From Nitrospinaceae bacterium (lineage in GTDB: Bacteria; Nitrospinota; Nitrospinia; Nitrospinales; Nitrospinaceae): a stretch of 64,000 nucleotides of DNA. The notes beneath the pieces were generated by a model. The model did no database searches, was not told where the DNA came from, and saw nothing but the letters and a program-made list of their open reading frames with translations. A program made the position numbers and the translations under genes. Shown piece after piece: positions 58,929 to 64,000 of the stretch. Numbering within the stretch: position 1 is the stretch's first letter; every line of letters begins with the position of its first letter. The DNA is taken from the NCBI GenBank assembly GCA_965237905.1, contig OZ250172.1, forward strand, positions 1,024,001 to 1,088,000. Reading direction: 5' to 3'.

Positions 58929-60458
58929 TTAGGCCAACTCTTTTTGGGCTTCTTCGTCCTCTTCCTCGTCGTCCATGAAATCGTCATCGTGACCCATGAG
59001 CAGTTCAGGATCCTCGATGGCCGGATGATCGATCTCTTCATGCTTGCCATCTCTATTGGAGTCCGGAAGCTCTTCCCAGATCACGACCCGGGAATTTCCA
59101 CGGTCACAAATGTAGAGCTTGCCAATATCGTCTTCATCTTCCAGATCCTCGTCGATAAACAGCCCGTAGGGATCGTTCAGGCTACATTCGGAAGCCTCGC
59201 CGCCCCGGTTGAATTTGTGTCCGGAGAAAGCATTCTGGCCGATCACCAGGTCCGCCGGCTGACCGTTCTCCGTCGGCAGTTCCTTCCAAACCAGTACCCG
59301 GTTGTTACCGGAGTCTGACACAAACAGTCCTTTGCGGCCATAAACCACGTCGGTGGGGAAATACATCCCAACGGAGTCCGCCCGTTTCATTCCCAGCCCG
59401 CCATTGACTTCACGGCTGTAGAAATCCTTTTGACCCAACACCAGGTCTGCGGGAACACCGTTGTTCGAAGGTAATTTATTCCAGATCAAAACGCGGTTGT
59501 TGCCCTGATCCACGACGAATACTTTTCCGGTTTCCTCATGGTAGAAAGCAGAGGTGGGAAAACTGAGCGTTTCCGGAGTCACATTGTCAAAATCGCCCCG
59601 GTTGGGCTCCCGTTCATCCATGCCGAATTGTCCCAGGCAAACATCAGCATTCCAACCATCATTGAAGGGAATTTTCTGCCAGATCAAAACCCGGTGATTG
59701 TCCTTGTCCGCCACGATCACATGCTGGTCGTTGCCGGAGCGGATGGAGAATGGGAAAAACAGAGATCCCGACCCGACCAGCCCGCGCCGGTTAGCCTCAC
59801 CACACTCCAGGTTATCCTGGCCCAAAACGAGACCCGGAACTTCACCGTCCTCGGAGGGCAGGCCGTTCCAGCGAAGCACACGATGGTTGCCGCTGTCGGA
59901 CACATACAGTTTTCCGTCAATGACGGCAACTCCCGCCGGTGACGAGATGGTGTCTTCCTCCGGTTTACTGATGGTGAAACCTTCCAGGTTTTCGTCACCC
60001 AGACCGGAAGTCATTTCGTCAAGCGTGGTGCTGATGCCGCGGTTTTCCAGACAGTCGGAAAAATCCTCCTGACCCAGCACAATGCTTGCGGGTTCGCCGT
60101 TCTCTTCGGGGAACTGGTTCCAGACCAGCACCCGGTGGTTGCCCCAGTCACTTACAAACAGCATATCGCCGTAACGACAGGCGAATTGCGGTTCGGAAAG
60201 AGTGTTGTCGCCGGGATCGTCGGCTCCACGGTTGGCTTCGCGTACGGAAAAATCGCTCTGGCCGATAACCATAACCGCGCCGATCTCCTTCTCTTTCTCT
60301 TCTTCCCCACCCTCGATCTCGTCGAATTCATCCATTTCCTCTTCGGTGAGGGCATCTTCTTCAATTTCCTCTTCTTCTACTGCTTCGAGCCCTTCTTCGG
60401 CCACTTCGAGGGCCTCATCCTTGATCTCTTCTTCCTTTTTGACTTGGTCTTCAGACAT
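58929..60458 (-). CDS. NHL-repeat protein with acidic N- and C-termini
   Basis: Repeated VSD.GN.RVLVW...P..NG.PAD.VLGQ..F units. Confidence 0.88.
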   Translation of the reverse strand: MSEDQVKKEEEIKDEALEVAEEGLEAVEEEEIEEDALTEEEMDEFDEIEGGEEEKEKEIGAVMVIGQSDFSVREANRGADDPGDNTLSEPQFACRYGDMLFVSDWGNHRVLVWNQFPEENGEPASIVLGQEDFSDCLENRGISTTLDEMTSGLGDENLEGFTISKPEEDTISSPAGVAVIDGKLYVSDSGNHRVLRWNGLPSEDGEVPGLVLGQDNLECGEANRRGLVGSGSLFFPFSIRSGNDQHVIVADKDNHRVLIWQKIPFNDGWNADVCLGQFGMDEREPNRGDFDNVTPETLSFPTSAFYHEETGKVFVVDQGNNRVLIWNKLPSNNGVPADLVLGQKDFYSREVNGGLGMKRADSVGMYFPTDVVYGRKGLFVSDSGNNRVLVWKELPTENGQPADLVIGQNAFSGHKFNRGGEASECSLNDPYGLFIDEDLEDEDDIGKLYICDRGNSRVVIWEELPDSNRDGKHEEIDHPAIEDPELLMGHDDDFMDDEEEDEEAQKELA

Positions 60459-60580
60459 CGAACCCACCTCTTTTAAAACTTAATAAATGGCTCAACCGGC
60501 CGAAAACTCTCGAGTCCTCTGGTACCGGTGAAAATAAAATTGTTAGCGTACTGTATTAATATCCCATACTGGGGTTTCGA

Positions 60581-62170
60581 TCAAGGTAAATTCAACCGTT
60601 GCCACATGGAAACCACCTTTCTACCATTGCGGTCCTGATAGGCTCCATCCCACACCGCAAAGGCAATCAGGATCGGCTGCTTCTTCCTGAACTTTACGTC
60701 CCATTTGTTGAGAGACTTTAAAGACCGGCGAAAAACCACATGCCACTGGCCCTCTTTCCATATCCCCTGGCCGATAATATTTTGCTTGGTTTTCGGTTGC
60801 GGGGTCAGGGTGCCGAACCCTTCGGCGTTCAATTCTTCAATGGGCACGTCGCGGAAGGGATTCAGGGACTCGACCGGGTTCACCTCGCCGCCGAAAATCA
60901 TGACATCCATATCCATACCCTTGGTTGCGTATTCCAGCTCCTCTTTGGTTTCAATCTCCGATTGCCAATCGGCGCGCCATTGCCAGATGTTGACGGGCTT
61001 GGACCGGTTGCCCATTCCAAAGAAGGGCTCGTTGTGGCCGTGGGTGTGCAAAAGCACGTCGCCCAGGGCGAATTCCAGCGCCACGGCATCTTTGAAATCC
61101 TGATGGCGGCTGGAGGTCCGGTTGGCCACGGGATCGTCCCATACCACCCGGATGGCGATTTCCTTGTCGTTGACGACCGATTGAAACCGCACCCGATTGA
61201 TGGGATTTTTACGGGCGTTGAGCGCGATCAACTGCACGTCGTGGCTGGGCACATCCTTCCAGAGCGGACTCTCCGGATCGTCTACAATTTTCTGATCGGT
61301 TGTTTTGGAATAGAGATCGATTTCATACTCGGCCTTCTGGAGCCGGTCTACCTGGATTTTAGACCGGACATAAGCCACCAGATCCCAGCGCTCGGCATCG
61401 GTCAGATGGCTGAACGATTTCATCGGGGTGCCGTCGATGCCGGTGGTCAGGGTCATATACAAATCCCGCTTCTCATAGCCGAATTTATTGATATTGGGAT
61501 TGGTCAAATCATAGACAAATACCCGGTGATCCCAGATGTCGTACAGGGTGTCGGCCATCGGCCCGCCGCCCTTGAGGTCGGTGCCATGACAGCGGGAACA
61601 CCGCATCTCTTTATAAACTTGCTTACCCTTTTTAATGGATTCCGGGGTGGTGGATGGCGTGGGACCGGGGTCGATCGGTTTTTTGGGTTTCTCAGTTTTG
61701 AACCGGCTTGAAAAACTTTTGATGTATTCCACGACCGCAAAGGTCTCGTCGTCGGTCAGGGCCGATTCCCAGGCCGGCATCGCGGTTCCCTTGATGCCCT
61801 TGCTGATGGTTTTAAAGATATCGGAGTCGAGCGGCAGGGAGCCGGACGGGGTGGAGCGGTGTTTGAACACGCCCTTGCGAAAATCCCGCGGCCACGGGTA
61901 CAGGTAATCGATTGCCTTACCGCCGCCGTTACCATCCTCACCGTGGCAGAACGTGCACATGTGTTTGTATACGGTCGCGCCGATGGTTTTGCTGGTCTGC
62001 GCTCCGTGGCCTTTATGACCGCCGGGGTCATCGGTGTGTGCATACAACCCACCGCCATCCGGTCCTATGAACCCAAGGACGAGGGCGGTGACCAGAAGAC
62101 TCGGCAGGAAAAGGCGTCTAACGGACCTGTATTTGGGGTTTCGATAAGGTGTATAAGGTTTCATTACCAT
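60581..62170 (-). CDS. di-heme cytochrome c fused to EB_dh/DMSO-reductase type II gamma-like domain
   Basis: CTFCH and CSRCH; DAVALEF, FGMG..PVNIWQWRA, AEGFGTLT and AFAVWDG motifs; N-terminal TM segment. Confidence 0.82.
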   Translation of the reverse strand: MVMKPYTPYRNPKYRSVRRLFLPSLLVTALVLGFIGPDGGGLYAHTDDPGGHKGHGAQTSKTIGATVYKHMCTFCHGEDGNGGGKAIDYLYPWPRDFRKGVFKHRSTPSGSLPLDSDIFKTISKGIKGTAMPAWESALTDDETFAVVEYIKSFSSRFKTEKPKKPIDPGPTPSTTPESIKKGKQVYKEMRCSRCHGTDLKGGGPMADTLYDIWDHRVFVYDLTNPNINKFGYEKRDLYMTLTTGIDGTPMKSFSHLTDAERWDLVAYVRSKIQVDRLQKAEYEIDLYSKTTDQKIVDDPESPLWKDVPSHDVQLIALNARKNPINRVRFQSVVNDKEIAIRVVWDDPVANRTSSRHQDFKDAVALEFALGDVLLHTHGHNEPFFGMGNRSKPVNIWQWRADWQSEIETKEELEYATKGMDMDVMIFGGEVNPVESLNPFRDVPIEELNAEGFGTLTPQPKTKQNIIGQGIWKEGQWHVVFRRSLKSLNKWDVKFRKKQPILIAFAVWDGAYQDRNGRKVVSMWQRLNLP

Positions 62171-62618
62171 TCAAACCATCTTCGGCGACATCGATCCAAA
62201 TATTCGTGCAGTTGTGCCGGAAGTCGACCCCCAGACAATAAAACAGGGGATACTTCGAGGTGAAATAAATCACCGGTTTTGAGACGTATACCGTCAGGCT
62301 GTCGATTCTCGCACTCTGGATCGCATCCTGGATGGTCATTTTCTCGCTGGATTCCTTCCGGATAATCTTGCGAATGACCTGATAATCCAGCTTTCCATCC
62401 AAATCCAGATCGTAATAGGTGGCAATCAAACCGGGAATGCTGATCAATTCCCATCCGCGGTAGGAAGGGTCCTTCCATCCCGGTTCTTTGGGAATTTGAA
62501 CTGTATCGGACTTTTGAGATAAGGGAGGAAAGGGCTCCTGGGCGTGAGCCGGACTTTTGATCCACATCATGTGAACCAGAACCACTCCAAGAAGAAAACT
62601 GACCGAATGCGCCTTCAT
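62118..62618 (-). CDS. secreted hypothetical protein
   Basis: Signal peptide (AHA-Q) and DLDLDGKLD Ca-binding-like motif. Confidence 0.65.
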   Translation of the reverse strand: MKAHSVSFLLGVVLVHMMWIKSPAHAQEPFPPLSQKSDTVQIPKEPGWKDPSYRGWELISIPGLIATYYDLDLDGKLDYQVIRKIIRKESSEKMTIQDAIQSARIDSLTVYVSKPVIYFTSKYPLFYCLGVDFRHNCTNIWIDVAEDGLNGNETLYTLSKPQIQVR

Positions 62619-62804
62619 CCCAATGCTCCTGTAAATTCACCCCCCAGTACGTCAATTAAAGCCTAAGATTCCAAAGTACCACACTTTCCAGAGCAAAGAA
62701 AAGAATATAAAAACCTCTCCACATCCCTCTAAGTTACTGTATTTTAAATATTTATAGAGGGGGAACGTTACCCTGTCTGGGAAGAATTTTCAGGAAACAG
62801 ACAT

Positions 62805-62843
62805 AAAAAAAGGGCAAAGCGCACACAGCGCTCTGCCCTTTTT
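62805..62843 (-). terminator. intrinsic terminator
   Basis: AAAAAGGGCA.AGCGC/GCGCT.TGCCCTTTTT stem after the cytochrome c gene. Confidence 0.8.
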
Positions 62844-62858
62844 AAAAACTTAAAAAAT

Positions 62859-63302
62859 TTACTTCATCAAATCCGTGCGAATGTATTTGATGACATCCCA
62901 GATTTCCTTGTCCTTCAGTTTACCGCCGAACGGCAACATGCCCTTCGCGCCGGTACCCTTCGGTCCGTTCTTGATGACCCAGAACATTTGACCCGGAGTG
63001 ATTTTTTTCATGGTTTTTGCACAAGTGAAGTTGCGGGGTTTGGGGTTCAAAGCCACACCCAGTTTGCCGGTGCCGTCGCCTTTATCGCCATGACACATTT
63101 TGCAGGCCATGGGTTTAGCGGTCTTGGAGTAGATTTTTTTGCCTGCGGCAGCATTGGCCTTGGCGGTCTCATCTTTTTTGTAGAGACTGGCTGGAGCTTT
63201 TTTGACTTTCCGCTTTTGAGGACACTTGGCCGCGGCGAAAACGGTGTTGACCGCGAACAAAGTCAAAACGGCGAATACAAGAAATATTACAGATTTTTTC
63301 AT
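62859..63302 (-). CDS. mono-heme cytochrome c
   Basis: Signal peptide, CKMCH, PKPRNF and GMLPF distal Met. Confidence 0.9.
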   Translation of the reverse strand: MKKSVIFLVFAVLTLFAVNTVFAAAKCPQKRKVKKAPASLYKKDETAKANAAAGKKIYSKTAKPMACKMCHGDKGDGTGKLGVALNPKPRNFTCAKTMKKITPGQMFWVIKNGPKGTGAKGMLPFGGKLKDKEIWDVIKYIRTDLMK

Positions 63303-63654
63303 CGGTGTTGTCCTTTCATAAGGTATTGAATTAAGATATATCACGCAAAACGGTAAACATTAAAAACCGAGACAATCGAATTTATGAGCCGGAAGCAAAA
63401 CCGAGAGGAACCAGAGACCGCGCAAATTACCGGCGAAAAATGAGGGCTAGATTATATTTAATCTGGCACTTATGTCAACCCCAATTTCCACACAGGCCGG
63501 TTCCTGATCATCCGGCTTGACCCGGACTGCCGCCACTCCTTTAGCATTCACAATATCCAGTAAATCGGTATAAAATAAGAACACCAGTTGATTTTTCGCT
63601 GTTTACCTCCCATTTGGGACCCCAACTGTTTTTCGAGAGCATCTCTTCCAATTC

Positions 63655-64000
63655 ATGGACCTTCTCCTTTTCACAATAATTTTTCTGGCGTTTTTTCTGG
63701 CAGGTGAAACCCTGGCCTCCTTCTGGAAACCCGTCTATTCACATTTCCTGGAGCGGCTGGTGTTTCATACCCTTCTGGGTCTGGTGGCGGTGGCGCTTCT
63801 GACCATGGCTCTCGCTTTTGCCGGGGGCATTTATCCGGCTACCGGATGGATCATTGTGGGAGTGATTGTTCTGGGTTCCGCCAAAACCTGGCCTTCCCTT
63901 TGGCAAACGGTTTCAGCGTTCCGGCCTAATTTTGGGAAATTTTTCGATAAAGATCAGACAGACCAGGGATTCCAGGGGTTCAGCGTTTTGATCCTCGTGG
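63655..64000 (+). CDS. membrane protein, 3'-truncated by window
   Basis: MDLLLFTIIFLAFFLAG...; multiple TM segments; frame open to the window end. Confidence 0.6.
   Translation, partial: MDLLLFTIIFLAFFLAGETLASFWKPVYSHFLERLVFHTLLGLVAVALLTMALAFAGGIYPATGWIIVGVIVLGSAKTWPSLWQTVSAFRPNFGKFFDKDQTDQGFQGFSVLILV

Noticed and set aside
6545..61711. Many long antisense or alternate-frame ORFs (e.g. 7155-8072, 21176-22159, 51124-52032, 60740-61711)
   Set aside because: Shadow ORFs of well-supported genes, with no motifs of their own

Overview
Bacterial chromosomal window, probably from a Nitrospinota (Nitrospina-like) organism. The taxonomy is inferred from gene content (di-heme c/EB_dh fusion, flagellins, DUF1566/NHL/LRR expansion) and was not checked by search. 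Left to right: the AT-rich end of an island at tRNA-Lys(CTT) carrying TIR-like, ADP-ribosyltransferase-like and DNA glycosylase genes; housekeeping genes (Prx, rfbC, hisAF); two sigma28-driven flagellins; a GldAFG-like ABC system; dut with NrdR-like boxes and a ~500-nt structured leader; an ADP-heptose/waaF operon with a radical SAM enzyme; a ~400-nt highly structured transcript with its own promoter and terminator (GOLLD-like candidate); a sigma54-controlled detox operon; dgt, lhgO and serA. From 41 to 63 kb lies an unusual locus with eight DUF1566 (Lcl-type) paralogues plus NHL, TPR and LRR proteins (several with acidic N-termini), two radical SAM enzymes, a MidA-like methyltransferase and c-type cytochromes. 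The best candidates for new biology are the DUF1566 locus, the two large structured RNAs, the TIR-ART-glycosylase island, a dispersed 48-bp element and an unannotated 34-aa membrane peptide gene. All family calls come from motif recognition by eye; no searches were run.
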